Below, one piece after another: positions 26,615 through 39,669 of a stretch of 64,000 nucleotides of DNA (within the stretch, counting starts at the first letter, position 1; every line of letters starts with the position of its first letter). This DNA comes from Octopus sinensis (Eukaryota), in NCBI RefSeq assembly GCF_006345805.1, contig NC_043009.1, forward strand, positions 11,656,001 to 11,720,000, given 5' to 3'. The notes beneath the pieces were generated by a model. It made no database searches and was not told the DNA's origin. It saw nothing but the letters and a program-made list of their open reading frames with translations. A program made the position numbers and the translations under genes.

Positions 26615-27095
26615 AATCGTTGTTATTATTATTATTGTGATTGTGATTGTAAATCTTCATAGTATATTGTTCATTGATTCTAATATTTTTGCACCTTTAT
26701 TTAATTTGGGGGTTGAAAAGTTTTCGTGCGTCTGTGTGTAAAGATCAGTTGTGTTTTGCAGGGTTCTTTTATTTTTACCCTAAACTTAGAAACAGAGAAA
26801 GACATAGTACTCGATTTAAAAAATAAGCAATTTGGGGCTAGAAATATTGCGGAAAAAACATTATATATATATATATTAATACATTTAAAATCCAGATAGA
26901 TTGATTTAATCGTTGAACTTAGTAACTTAGTTTGCTTATCAATATTATTTAGATCTTATTATTTTGAGTTTGATCGTTGTTATTATTATTATTGTTATTG
27001 ACTGGTGATTGTGATTGTAAATCTTCATAGTGTATTGTTCATTGATTCTAATATTTTTGCACCTTTCATTAATTTTGGGGCTGAAAAGTTTTCTT
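26615..27095. repeat. Approx. 110-bp direct repeat (about 26615-26725 and 26972-27093)
   Basis: tgattgtgattgtaaatcttcatagt.tattgttcattgattctaatatttttgcaccttt occurs twice. Confidence 0.85.
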
Positions 27096-27674
27096 ACTTT
27101 CCATTAACAAATAATTCTCGCCATTATATCATTTTTATATATATTGATAGATATGTTACGATAGATATTAATTCTTATATCTATTTTTTCTTAAATATAT
27201 ATATATATAGAAAGGGATCTAACGTATTGCATTTAATTTAATTTGAGAATTAATTTCGTTATACAATATATTATTTAATTATTAGGTGGCATATTTATTA
27301 TGTAATATTAAATTTTAATTTAATTAGGTATTATATTAATTGATATTTAGTCAACTATGTTATAGATTGATATATTAAATCTATAGATACTACACATGTA
27401 TTTTGAATATATAGTTAGCTTATTTAATGAGTTTGTCTATATTTGAACCATTTCTTATTTTGATTAAAATTTAATGACTCGTACTAGCATTGTGTATTTT
27501 AATTAATTTTAAAGTATTTAATAATTTAAGTATTGTTTTAGTTTTCACTTAATGTATATATATATATATATATTCTAATTTTTTTTATATATATTATATT
27601 GTGTGAAATTTGATTTAGTATTTCTAAATTGAATTTTTTTTCCCTGTAAGTTTGGATTTATATTCCCTCAAATA

Positions 27675-27715
<41 letters not shown>

Positions 27716-27989
27716 ATATATATATATCTTTTAGCTTTTAGGTTTTAGCTTTTATTTGTTATAGTTACTCGGTTGCAGCCATGCTGGGTTATATACATAC
27801 ATATTCATACACAAACAGATTGAAAGACCTAGGGAGATAATCAGGAAGAGGGAGAAAAGGTGAGATGATGCAATGGATCGTACCGATTAAAAAAAAAGAA
27901 TTTTAATGACCAGATCCCAGAAAGTAGGGCTTCAAATAAGAGCCTAAATTATATCCATCCGATAAAATCAACATTATCTCTCATATTAC

Positions 27990-28327
27990 TCATGGCATCA
28001 ATTTTAAAATTCACCCAAGACTTGATCCCCGTGCTATCCACCCACAACAAAAATCGAACTGAAGACACATAACAACATTACAACATAACTACTTTACCTC
28101 AACTGGTCCAGTTCTCTTTAATATTATACCAAAATAGATCCCATAAAATTCAAAATTTGTTCGGACAAATTTCTTCAAAAGTCCCGGACCAACCTCCTAC
28201 ACTCGGATATGTCTCCAACAATATGTTTCTTTACTAAAGTGGGCCCCGGTACCCCATATATAACTAAAAGATTTCCCCGGGCATGGGGTTATAGTGGCCG
28301 AAACCTATCTAAGTTATCTAAATTATC
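27990..28327 (+). mobile_element. 3' fragment of a CR1/L2-group LINE related to 24002-25462
   Basis: Translates GINFKIHPRLDPRAIHP...FTSTGPVLFNIIPK, homologous to ORF 24230-24502; same tail ggccgaaacctatctaagttatcta. Confidence 0.8.
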
Positions 28328-28344
28328 AATATTTCAATAGTGTG

Positions 28345-28680
28345 AGCGGCGAGCTGGTGGAATGGTTAGCACTTCCGGGCAAAATGCTTAGTGGGATTTC
28401 ATGCGTGTTCATGCTCCGAGTTCAAATTCCACCAAGTTCAGTTTTGCTTTTCATCCTTTTAATGCGGCGAGCTGGCACAGTCGTTAGGATGCCGGGCAGG
28501 TTGCTTAGCGACATTTCATCCGTGTTTACGTTCTGAGTTCAAATTCCGCCGCAGTCACCTTTGCTTTTCATTCTTTCGGGGGTAGGTAAAATAAGTACCA
28601 GTTGAGCACTGGGGTTGATCTAACCGACTTACCCCTTCCTCCTAAATTGCAGGCTTTGCGCCAAAATTTAAAATTGGCAT
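28345..28680 (+). mobile_element. Two diverged family-A SINE heads with an A2-type tail
   Basis: gcggcgagctgg heads at about 28347 and 28464. Confidence 0.8.
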
Positions 28681-28988
28681 TTAAAAATTATGCCTCTGAC
28701 CTTTACGACTGAGAGAGAAGGAAGGTCTTGAAGTGTTGTTGCTTTGGATATGAGCCAAATCCGTCTCAAATGACTCACAGCACATTAGATAATGTAATCT
28801 TAGATACACTTTTATCAGGAAATATGCAGAGATTGAAAGGACTGTAAGCTCGTTGATTATGGTACCCCGCAATCAGGGCTGAGTAAAATCCAGACAACAG
28901 CAGCGAGGCATATTATTATAGTCTGTCTGTCTGTCTGTCCGCACACCCACCCACCCATCCATCCATCCATCCATCCATCCATCCATCC

Positions 28989-29029
<41 letters not shown>

Positions 29030-29311
29030 AGCGCGGAGCAGATTAAATAGGGTACAACTGATGAAGGGAATGTTCTTTATGTTGCATGTTTCGTTTCTCT
29101 GTTCGTTTTTTTTTTGTTGTTCGAAAAAGAAAGAACGTTTTCTATGGTTTTTGTTTTTTTTTTGTTCCCGTTTCTCATTGTGTCTACGTTTTTTGATATA
29201 TATATACATGCATATATATGCATGTATTTCTATATTATTTATATTATTATATGATCGAACGCCACGCATCCTTTTCAAGTAAGTTTTATCTATCTATCTG
29301 TGTGTATATAT

Positions 29312-29354
<43 letters not shown>

Positions 29355-29516
29355 GTGTGTGTGGTTGTGTATAGAAGAATATATTAATAAAAAGAATTCC
29401 AGCCTTGTCTGATTTTCACGTTTTATTTACAATCTTATAATGATATATTATAAGATAATATATTATAATTGAATAAAATAAAATGAAATAGTAGAATGTT
29501 AAATATTCATTCTGAT

Positions 29517-29561
29517 TGAACTAGTACTTTCATGCATTGAATTCTGCAATCTTCGGGTTCA
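29517..29561 (-). ncRNA. Type-I hammerhead ribozyme in the PLE 3' terminus, U4C core variant
   Basis: Minus strand: tgaac-CCGAAGA-t tgca gaattcaa tgca t-GAAA-GTAC-TA-gttca; 5-bp stem I; palindromic helix III AGTACT; CUA triplet. Confidence 0.75.
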
Positions 29562-30011
29562 TGTAGTAGTGTTGACAGTCATGCTTCACAATTTTTGACT
29601 GTAGCAAGATGATTGATTCTGTGCTATAAATACAGCTGGGTAGGCTCCAGAGTGCTAGGTTTTGCAAACTGTATTCTGACCAATCAGTGTGTAGTACCAC
29701 TCAATTACTTAAGCTGATTGGTTGGTTGAGCTGATTGGTTTAGGCATCACGCTTTGTTGGACATGTCAAGAGTCCTGTATCTTGACCCTGGCCGAAGCAG
29801 CAATTGTTGGGTTATTTTTTAAAATGTTGTAAATATCCTTTGTCAGAGATTTTTATATTTTTATATTTCAATTGTCATCATCATCATTGTCAGCACCTTA
29901 ATTATTGTTGCTAGTGGTGATGGTGGTGGCAATAGAACTTTTAACCCTAAATAAGATAATTTTCCTGCTATCTTCATCTTGATCACCTTTAGTATTGTTG
30001 TTGTATTATTA

Positions 30012-33000
30012 TTATTGCTTATTTAGCTTGGGTTCGAATTTATCAATAAAATTCTTTTCTCTGATTTTCCTCTCGATTTCACTTGGGCTGTGTAATTTGT
30101 AGAATGGAAATATTATATATATTTTCCGACCACATGTTGCTAGGTGGTTACTCAAAGGTATCTGACGGACCTCTGGGTCTCTAATCTGTTGCCGGTGTAC
30201 ACGTGAGCGTTCAAATAGTGCGTTTCCCGTCTGACCTACATATATTTCTTCACAATTTGGGCATTTGATGCAGTAAATTAAATTCTGCTTTTGCAGTTCA
30301 TATTCGCGTTTGTGAATATTTTCCCGGTTTTTGTGTTTATATATTGACCGGTATGTATGAATTGGCATGTGCCACATCGGCTATCATTGCATTTAGATAC
30401 CGTGAATGTTTGTCTTTGTTGCTGAGGTCAAATTTTGCCTTTGTTAGTAATGTTTTCAAGTTTTTAGGCTGTCTTTTACTAAGCACCATAGCTCGATCCG
30501 TGATTATGTCTTTTAATTCATTACTTTGGGCAATGATTGGTAGGTTTGCTTTGGCAATGTTGAAGATATTCTGGTGACATGGGTTGTGTGTCACTATGAA
30601 TGGTATGACTTGTTCTTGTTTTCCTCTTCCTTGGGTTGTCCTAAGTTGTTGTATGGGTATTTTTATAGCCCGCTGTATGCCATTTTCTATAAGTAGAGAT
30701 GGGTATTTTTGTTTGAGCAAAAATTCTCTTAGTTCTATTAGGCGTTTGTTCCTGATATTTGCATCTTCTACAATAGTACAAATTCTTCTGGCTAGGCAGT
30801 ATGGGATGTTACGTTTTGTATGTGGTGGATGGCACGACTTAAAATTTAGGTATTGATGTGTGTCTGTGTGTTTATAGTATATATCTGTGGTGATGGTGGT
30901 GTCTTTTTTAATTACCATTATATCCAGGAATGGTATTCGGTACTACTCATCTCCTTTGTAAATTGGAGAGATGGGTGTAGGTTGTTCAGGAGGATATTGA
31001 ACTCTTCCAGAGTATTTAGAGATTCTGTCCAGATTATGAAACAGTCGTCTAGGTATCTCTTCCATGCCTTTTCAATATATTTTCTAAATCCAGTGCCATA
31101 GTTTACCTCCACCTCTTGGTAGAGTTGTTGTTCCAAGTATCCCATTACAGAGTTGGCGTAAACGGGAGCAAACCTCGTTCCCATCGCCGTGCCTCTAATT
31201 TGGATGTAATTCTTTCCATTGAAGAAGAATGTGTTATTTTCTAGAATAAGTTTGACTGTGTCTAATATAAATGGCACTGTGAATCTGCTGGGAATCACTT
31301 CTCTATGTTTTTCTAACCAGTATTTAATCGCCTTTATTCCTAAATCGTGTGGAATATTGGTGTTGTAGAGGCTTACCACATCAAAACTTAGTAAAACTGA
31401 ATTTGTTTCTGTTGTTTTGGGAAGATGGGACAGGAAGTCGATGTAATCCCTGATGAAACTTGGTATGTAAGTACATAGTGGTTTCAAAACAATGTCAATA
31501 AAATTGCTTAGACGGTGTGTAGGGCATGCTGGACCAGCTATAATAGGTCTAAGTTTTAGGTCTTTTGGATGTAATAATTTTATGTACTCACTTTCTTGTT
31601 CTTTTACTGCCTGTTGAATGTTTTTGATTTGTGTATTTTTGGTAAGCCGTAGAAGTTGCTGGGTTTTGGTTCAAAATTGGTGATGTAGTTTTTTCATTAT
31701 CCGTAAGTGAGTTGTGGGTGTGTGAAATCAGGTTGTTGATCTTTTTCATGATGTGGTGGTCTATATTTGCGGGTATTTCACAATAGAAGGTTGTATCCTT
31801 CAGTTGGTCTTCAACCAAATCCTTATAGTATTCGGTATCCATAATAACAATTGCACCACCTTTATCTGCTGTTTAATTATTATTGTTTGATCGTTTTGTA
31901 TACGTTTACATGCAGACATCTCTGATTTGCTAATGTTTGGCCTAACATTGGTATTGCGTCTAAGGGGAAATTTAGACAGGATATCAATGTATTGGTCAAG
32001 GTAGTTATTTCTTCCTTTTGGTGGGGTGAAATTTCATTATTCCTTACTAGGGATTCATCAATCTCATTACTTTTGTTAGCGAAGAATTCTACAAGTCGTA
32101 ATTTTCGACAGAATTTTTGGATATCCTCCTTTAATTCTTGGTGGTTGGCTGTTGGTGTAGGTGTGAATTTCAGTCCTTTTGACAGAAGTTGGATTTCATC
32201 ATTGTCAAGATTTCTTTTTGATAAATTAATTATTTTAGGATCTATACGTTCAGTTGTTTTGGGTATGTTTCCTCTTGGATTTTTTCTTTCTCCGGTGTTT
32301 GTTGTCCTGACGTAAAAAAATGGATTTTTTTCTGTTTATGATTTATATTCCTGTTGATGTTTGCTTGATGAATTTTGCGTTTTGGTTGTGGTACTTTACT
32401 TGGTTTCGTTATGTTTTCAGTTTTGTTTTTGGTATTATGTATGCGACTTTTCAATTTCTTGTTAGCATTGTTTTTAACCACCTGGAGAAATGATCTGGGT
32501 TTACTTCTAGATCCATATCGGTTTTTTGTCCAGTTTCTTGTGGGTAATCTCTGTTGAGGTCTTGAAAATGATCTCTTGTTATTTCTACTGCTAATGGTCT
32601 GTTCAAAACAATATCTATTTTGTTTGTGCTTTTTGTTCATGTTGTGTGCATTAGGGTGTTTGCATACAAAAAGGGAAGAGTTCTTACCGTAGTTCGTCTT
32701 CGATTCGTGGTGAAACGGGTGTTCATGTTGCCACGTGTTCTGGTGTATGTTGCGTTGGTGAGGTTGTCCACTTTTAATGCTATTTCTCGGAGTTCTGGTG
32801 TCTTTACCGTAATTTGTAGCATATTTGTCGAGAAATAATTGTTTCCGCTGCCAAAACTTTCTTGATCTGCTTTCTTCTTTTGAGATATCTCTGATCCATA
32901 GTTCTCGCATTTTTTCTGCTATATTGCCGGTCGTTAGTTTGGATATTTCATCTCTGATTTGATCATCGATAGCTTCGTATTTGGCTTTGTAGCGAGATTG

Positions 33001-33042
33001 TTTAGACAGGGTAATGGAGATGTCGGTCCTGAATTTTATCAA
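30012..33042 (-). pseudogene. PLE polyprotein (N-terminal region, RT, GIY-YIG endonuclease) split by several frameshifts
   Basis: ORF pieces 32242-33042, 31588-31842, 30918-31487, 30337-30918, 30012-30377; NLIYCIKCPNCEEIYVGQTG...ER...H...H...E.....PKLN. Confidence 0.9.
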
Positions 33043-33081
33043 ACTAAGGTCCCATCGAAGTTTAGTTTCTATATATTACCG

Positions 33082-33361
33082 TAACCGACTAGGCTATCAA
33101 ATGTTGCTACACATCGCTGGTCACAATGCGCTTCGCATTATCTTAGCCTTCAAATGACGCCACCCCGCTGGCTAAGCGAGCAGGCCAACAAGAAAGAGCG
33201 AGAGAAAGTTGTGGCGAAAGAGTACAGCAGGGATCGCCACCATCCCCTGCCGGAGTCGCGTGGAGCTTTAGGTGTTTTCGCTCAATAAACACTCACAACG
33301 CCTGGTCTGGGAATCGAAACCGCGAGTCCGCTGCCCTAACCACTGGGCCATTGCGCCTCCT
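33082..33361 (-). mobile_element. tRNA-derived SINE family C (tail C1)
   Basis: TGGCCCAGTGGTTAG A-box, TTCGATTCCC B-box, TCG anticodon-like loop; lies at the 5' end of the PLE. Confidence 0.9.
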
Positions 33362-33423
<62 letters not shown>

Positions 33424-33453
33424 TATATATATACATGTGTGTGTGAAAGAGAG

Positions 33454-33492
<39 letters not shown>

Positions 33493-33802
33493 ACTCGATA
33501 ATTCTTACAATTTGTGATTTCGTCTATCGTTGTTTTTTGTTTTAATCACGTACCTTTCACCCACCGTAGCTGATAATAGCTAGTCCCGTACCCCCGTACC
33601 GTACCCCATTCAACTGGTCACTCAGCTGGCTATTCGAACTGTGTCCAACAAATATTGTCCAAGCTTTTAATCAAGCTTTGATTTACCTGACCATGATCAA
33701 AGCAGGGCCGAGTAATAGTACCAACTCGGGTAAGTCACTTATTGGGAGGCCCGTATTAGGGGGCACCGCTTCATATGTTTACCTATTTATGTTGCCGTGA
33801 AG

Positions 33803-34115
33803 CTGCATGGCTAAATAGTTAGGGTCCTCAGCTCCCGACAGTAAGGTCGCGAGTTTGATTCCTGGCAGCGCGTTGAGCCCTTGAGCAGGGCAATTTATTT
33901 CATGTTGTTCCAGTTCAATCAGCTGACAAAAATGAATTGTACCTGTAATTCAAACGGCCAGCGTTTGTCACATTTTGTATCACACTGAGAACTATGTTAT
34001 GGGTACGCTTGTCTGTGGAGTACTCAGTCACTTGCACGTTAATTTCACGTGCAGACTTTTCCGTTGATCGGATCAACTGGAACCCTTGTCGTCGAAACCG
34101 ACTGAGGGCCAGTTT
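33803..34115 (+). mobile_element. tRNA-derived SINE, distinct family
   Basis: tggctaaatagttag A-box, gagtttgattcct B-box, then cccttgagcagggca core-like segment. Confidence 0.7.
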
Positions 34116-34796
34116 CTATATGTTGCAGACAGAGAGAGAGCGAGAGAGAGAGAGAGAGAGAGGGGGGGAGAGAGAGAGAGAGAGAGAGAGATAGAGCGAG
34201 AGAGAGAGAGAGAGAGAGAAGCTTTAGTAATAACAAAAATTCATAAAGGAATATATATACGAACATGTGACCAAAAAAAAAAAACAGATTAAAGTTTTTT
34301 GTAAGTTTGTCATTAGAAAATAACATAAAAAGATAAATCTAGAAAATGCTCTCAAAACATTTGTAGATCTAAAATCTAGGAAAAATATGTTTGAGTTTCG
34401 ATAATGTATGTTTTTCAGTATCTCTCCTTTTGATCATATTCTTTGATTTATCAGAAGAGAATTCTTCGCGTCTAACATGAAATCAGCAATACCTTTCGAT
34501 CTTGCTTTCCCTTAACCATCCTCTATTCACAGACTGTAACAAAATTGTGCCGAGATCATTGACACTACCATAGACACATTCTCTCTCTCTCTCAATCTCT
34601 CTCTTTCCCTCATTTTCTTTCATTCTTTCTTTTTTTTCTTTCTTCTTTTTTCTTTCTTTCTTTCTTTCTTTGTGTCTTTCTCTTTTAGTTTTATTAATTA
34701 AAAGATCAGAAAATTTGGTTTTTATTTTGAACTGTCCTCTTAAGTTTGGCATAACCACTACTACTACATGAGAAGATTTTTTTCTTTTGAAAATCT

Positions 34797-35028
34797 TATT
34801 TCTTTATTGCCCACAGGGGGCTAAACACAGAGGGGGACAAACAAGGACAGACAAACGGATTAAGTCGATTACATCGACCCCAGTGCGTAACTGGTACTTA
34901 ATTTATCGATCCCGAAAGGATAAAAGGCAAAGTCGACCTCGGCGGAATTTGAACTCAGAACGTAGCAGCAGTCGAAATACCGCTAAGCATTTCGCCCAGC
35001 GTGCTAACGTTTCTGCTAGCTCCCCGCC
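34797..35028 (-). mobile_element. Full-length family-A SINE with 17-bp TSD
   Basis: TSD ttttcttttgaaaatct at 34780-34796 and 35029-35045. Confidence 0.92.
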
Positions 35029-35109
35029 TTTTCTTTTGAAAATCTAGTGAAATCTTTTCCATAGGCACAAATAAAATGTGTCATTATTTATTCTTTATTC
35101 AGACGGGAA

Positions 35110-35728
35110 ATTAACCCCAGTATTTTTAAATCTGGTAATTATTCTATCTATTGATTTTATCGAACCACTAAGTTATGTGGATGTCAACAAAGCAACTCCG
35201 GTTAACAAGCCGTGGTGGGAACAAACACAGATACAAAGCCATACACACGAATACATAAATGTCATTTATATGTTTGTATATGTATATATATGAAGAGTTT
35301 CTACGCAGTTTATGTCGACCATATTCCCCCAGGAGACATTGGTCGACCGGGGTGATAGTAGAGGACACTTTCGGAAGGTCCTATGCTGTGGGACTGAACC
35401 GAAACCCCCTGGCTGCAAACTGACCTTCTTAACAACACGGCCACGATAAAGAATCGCCGTTTTGTCTTGTCTCGGTTTAATAAACAAATAGAAACTGGTA
35501 AGATATTAGTTTCAAATTTTGGCACAAGGCCAGCAATTTCATGGGTGTGGGGAGGGCGTAAGTCGCTTACATCGACCCCAGTGCTCAACTGGCATTTATT
35601 TTATCGATCTCGAAAGGATAAATGGCAAAGTCGCCCCCGGTGGCATTTGCACTCAGAACGGGATGTCGGGGGGAAATGCTACAAAGCATTTTGTCTGACG
35701 CAGTAGCAATTCTTCCAGCTCGCAGTCT
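35110..35728 (-). mobile_element. Diverged family-B SINE (35110-35445) and family-A SINE (35508-35728)
   Basis: Similarity to the in-window copies. Confidence 0.75.
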
Positions 35729-36722
35729 TAGAAACTGGTAAGATATACTGGGGTAATTCTAATTAACGAAGAACGATGGTCCAGCATGGCCGCAGTCCAA
35801 TGAAACAAACAAGTAAAATAGCAAAAGAGTAACATGGTCCCTTATTACAATAATCAATAGCTTTTGAAAAAGAGACCGGAATCAGCAGAGCGACGGCAAA
35901 TTTCCTTGCAATATGGGTTCAAGTGTTGTCGATGGTAAATTTCGCATTTCTTTAATAAAGTACCAAAACCTGAGTCGATGTAATCATCTATACCCATCAA
36001 CAAAATTTCTGGCTTTGTACCAACTTTAGAAATCAATATTTTCGCTGTTTTGATTAACGTCGTTGAATTTTCTTAGAAATCTTAGTTTGTGATTTGGTAT
36101 CGATCTCAACACTTTGATATGTTTGTTACCAAATTTTTCCTTCCTTGTAACGGAGTTGCAGCCGTGCACATTCTTGAACTACAAGAACTTCAGAAAGTGT
36201 TGTTGTTGTTGTTGCTGCTGTTGTCAAAGGCCCCGGGTGAGCCCTGATTAAGTAGACCTGTGCCCAAAGACTTCCTGACATAACTATCCGTCTTTCTTGT
36301 CTATCATGGACTACATTGTCCGATTCATCCTCTTTTAACCTTCTGCTCGCCCTGTATATCACATGCGATACACAAGACAGGATCTTTTCTTTTTGGCTGC
36401 ACCTGTGGAAATTTTAAAGTGTAGTGAAAATTTTAAAACTTGATGTATTAATGTAATTTTCCACGCTGAATTCCAGGATACTTTTTTCAGAATTTTTTTA
36501 AGTTATAGAGATTTAAAGTTTGATACTTTTTATTCAGTCAGAAAACAGGATTTGGAAGCTGTTATCTTGTACTTGACATCACGTATTGTCAGTTGTAGAC
36601 ACATGAAATATTGGCGGAATTCTGCATTTCGCATTTTTTGGGGAATTTTCAGAAAATTTTTGCGAATTTGCTTTCTACACACGGGAATTCATACGATTAT
36701 GCAAAAACCAAAATAATACTAA

Positions 36723-36729
36723 CAGCAGC

Positions 36730-36795
<66 letters not shown>
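36723..36795. repeat. (AGT)n microsatellite
   Basis: Direct reading. Confidence 0.95.
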
Positions 36796-37281
36796 CATTC
36801 CCAATCTTTTTTCAACTACCAGAGTAACTTGGGACTTATGAAAGGAAACCTTTATTTTATGCAAAACGTGTGAAAGAAGAACAAACTGAAAGTCTGCATG
36901 AAAACAAGTCTTGGACGTTTGGGGCAAATATCAAAATGCTTTGGACAAGTAAAGGGCTTAGTTGCTATTTCTAACTGGTCGACCAACCATCTAGAAGCTT
37001 CTGCATTCGCCCTTCATTTCATTTTCGGTTTCTGTTGAGAAGTCTGCCTTCCATTTAAATTCGAACTGAAAAACAGACACTGATTCACGACGCATTTCCC
37101 CCTCGTTCCACCCACAACTTCCACAGGTCAGGTGATTATTTGTATTCCAATTGTTGACACACGAAACTCCACTCCTAGTATATAGAAATTACTATTTAAC
37201 GGGGGGGAGGGTGTTGTGTTATAATGATTTTTAAAAAATGACCTACATCAAAACTAAATAATATCCCTGTCTGAAGTTAAA

Positions 37282-37510
37282 CGGTGAGCTAGCAGAATTG
37301 GTAGCACGCCGGGCGAAATGCGTAGCCGTACTTCGTCTGCCGTTACGTTCTGAGTTCAAATTCCGCTGAGGTCGACTTTGCCTTTCATCCTTTCGGGGTC
37401 GATAAATTAAGCACCAGTTACGCACTGGGGTCGATGTAATCGACTTAATCCATTTGTCTGTCCTTGTTTGTCCCCTCTATGTTTAGCCCCTTGTGGGCAA
37501 TAAAGAAATA
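37282..37510 (+). mobile_element. Full-length family-A SINE
   Basis: Head, B-box, tail ...agccccttgtgggcaataaagaaat. Confidence 0.9.
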
Positions 37511-37534
37511 AGAATTGGTAGCCCGCTGGGTAAA

Positions 37535-37568
<34 letters not shown>

Positions 37569-37571
37569 TAT

Positions 37572-37621
<50 letters not shown>

Positions 37622-38137
37622 ATATGTGTGTGTGTCTAAATATATATGTATGCATGCAGACACCTATGTGAATATGAGGATGGAATTGCGGGCACATATA
37701 CATATACATATATACTTGTGTGTGTGTGTGTGTGTGGATATGTGTATATGTATAAGTACGTACATGTACATATATGTTTGTGTGTGTATGTGAATGTATA
37801 TATACATGTTTCGGGTGTGCGTGTGTACGTATGTAGACTTTATGAACGCAGGAGGTTTTATGTCTATGTACTGTGAGACTATGGTTGCGTGTGTTCTTTA
37901 TTTTTTTATGTTTTTATTTTTCTCTACCTATTAAGAGTAACTTCCCTTTTATTCAACGGTTTTTTTTTTCATAGCGTCTATTGCCATTAATAGTCGACGA
38001 GAATGCATCGTAGCTCTCCGCCCCGATATTCGAAACTCCGAGTACTATAATGACAACTTACTGTTTGTCCTAAAATATACATATACAAATAATCCTCTAT
38101 TCACCTAATATCGAGGTCTCATTCTTTTTGTTCTCAC

Positions 38138-38171
<34 letters not shown>

Positions 38172-38174
38172 GCC

Positions 38175-38335
38175 TCTACGTTCTGAGTTCAAATTCCGCC
38201 GAGGTCGACTTTGCCTTTCATCCTTTCGGGGTCGATAAATTAAGTACTAGTGAAATACTGGGGTCGATATAATCGACTAGTCCCCTCTCCCTATCCACCC
38301 AAATTTGAGGTCTTGTGCCTCCAGAAGAAAGGATT
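38175..38335 (+). mobile_element. 5'-truncated family-A SINE (A2 tail) within (TTA)n
   Basis: Tail ggtcttgtgcctccagaagaaagg-(att)n; (tta)n on both sides. Confidence 0.85.
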
Positions 38336-38356
38336 ATTATTATTATTATTATCATT

Positions 38357-38565
38357 ATTCAGTAGTTTTATTTTTATAGCGTGCTTTCACTTCACTACCG
38401 AGCACAGCTCTGTGTGCCTTGGGTATGTGCTGTGATTTGTTGTGATGCTGATGGTTATTGTATGGAAAGTGTTCTGCGTAGGATGTGTGCAGTGCCTAGT
38501 AGTGCATTTTCTGTATGTTATATGTGTTTGTAAGTCCTGGTGTTTTTGTTATGTATTTGTCTGAA

Positions 38566-38568
<3 letters not shown>
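38357..38568 (-). mobile_element. R4/Dong-type LINE 3' end within (TAA)n
   Basis: Minus strand encodes ...YNIQK/ALLGTAHILRRTLSIQ*; (tta)n on both sides. Confidence 0.8.
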
Positions 38569-38613
<45 letters not shown>

Positions 38614-38629
38614 TTTATTATTATTATTA

Positions 38630-38682
<53 letters not shown>

Positions 38683-39039
38683 GAACTTGTATACAATGTT
38701 CAGGTGAAACAACCGCAAGCAATAAATTGATAAATTGAACCCTCGCTGTATTCAGTTTATATTACTTTTTAAGCAAAAGTGACTGACTGTAGGACAGTGA
38801 GTCAGAGATAGTAATGACCGCTAGCTTTCCCGTATCTTGTTTATTTATAGAACTATAATACAAGAGGCTCTGCAAAAGTTCAGAGATCGTTATCTTATCA
38901 ACACGTTGGCTGGGAGCGGTTTTGGGAATGATATATTCATGACTCACCGAAAGAGGACGTTTATCTTACCATTCGCTCAAGTAGTCGATATCGTTGTTCA
39001 CAGCGACCGACGAAATACCGAATATACTAATTAAAGCGT

Positions 39040-39192
39040 ATCAGTACAATTACCCGCACCCCTCATAGGACAATTACCCGCCCTAGGACAATTATTCCCC
39101 TTGGTTAATTACCCACTCACCAATATATTAAGTTTTAAATCATCATCTGTTGTCTTCAGGGAGTTAATGTCCTTGGGGTTATTGTCTAGACT
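39040..39192 (+). mobile_element. Possible non-autonomous Helentron-associated (HINE/DINE-like) element
   Basis: Tandem (gga)caattaccc motifs and an inverted ggggttattgtc motif near the 3' end. Confidence 0.4.
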
Positions 39193-39669
39193 TGATTAAA
39201 GTAACCTAAAACTATCCATCCACTGAACGCCACACCTTATATGAACATCAATGGCCATTATACCACGTCATCGAGCCGACGTGGTGGCCCCTATGCAATC
39301 GCTCGACTTGCTAGAAACAGCAGCCGCATCTTTCTTAGATTACATATCTCGATCTTTTATATAAATAAAAAGAAGACATGTTGGATAGTTTGGTTTTGGG
39401 TCCCATTCGTACAGATAAAAAGGGTGGGGGTGATTACGGCTGGGGTCCCACTGGTCTTAGATCTGCTCGACCAGGGCTTACCTTGGGCTATACTACAATA
39501 GCTAGAATTTTCTTGAATTCTCGTTATGCTTAACAATGACTTAATCTAGGCATAAGTAATGTTTTTAGGTCGTGGGGTAGAAGCCCTTATGAGATACCAT
39601 CCGTCATACCATGGCTTCTGGCCACACTACTAACATAATTTATCAAACATCGAAATGTGACCGCCAATG

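Larger units (their letters stand above)
29390..33070 (-). mobile_element. Penelope-like retroelement (probably Neptune-type), near full length
   Basis: LSKGLKFTPTP, ADKGGAIV, RT motifs GTAMGTRFAP and WKRYLDDCF, TDIYYKHTD thumb, Cys linker (CNDSRCGTC in the shifted frame), GIY-YIG; 3' hammerhead and AATAAA. Confidence 0.93.

Noticed and set aside
29058-29100. CTGATGA at 29058 (also 651, 40415, 59568, 61250, 63099)
   Set aside because: No correctly placed GAAA/NUH with pairable stems, so not called as hammerheads
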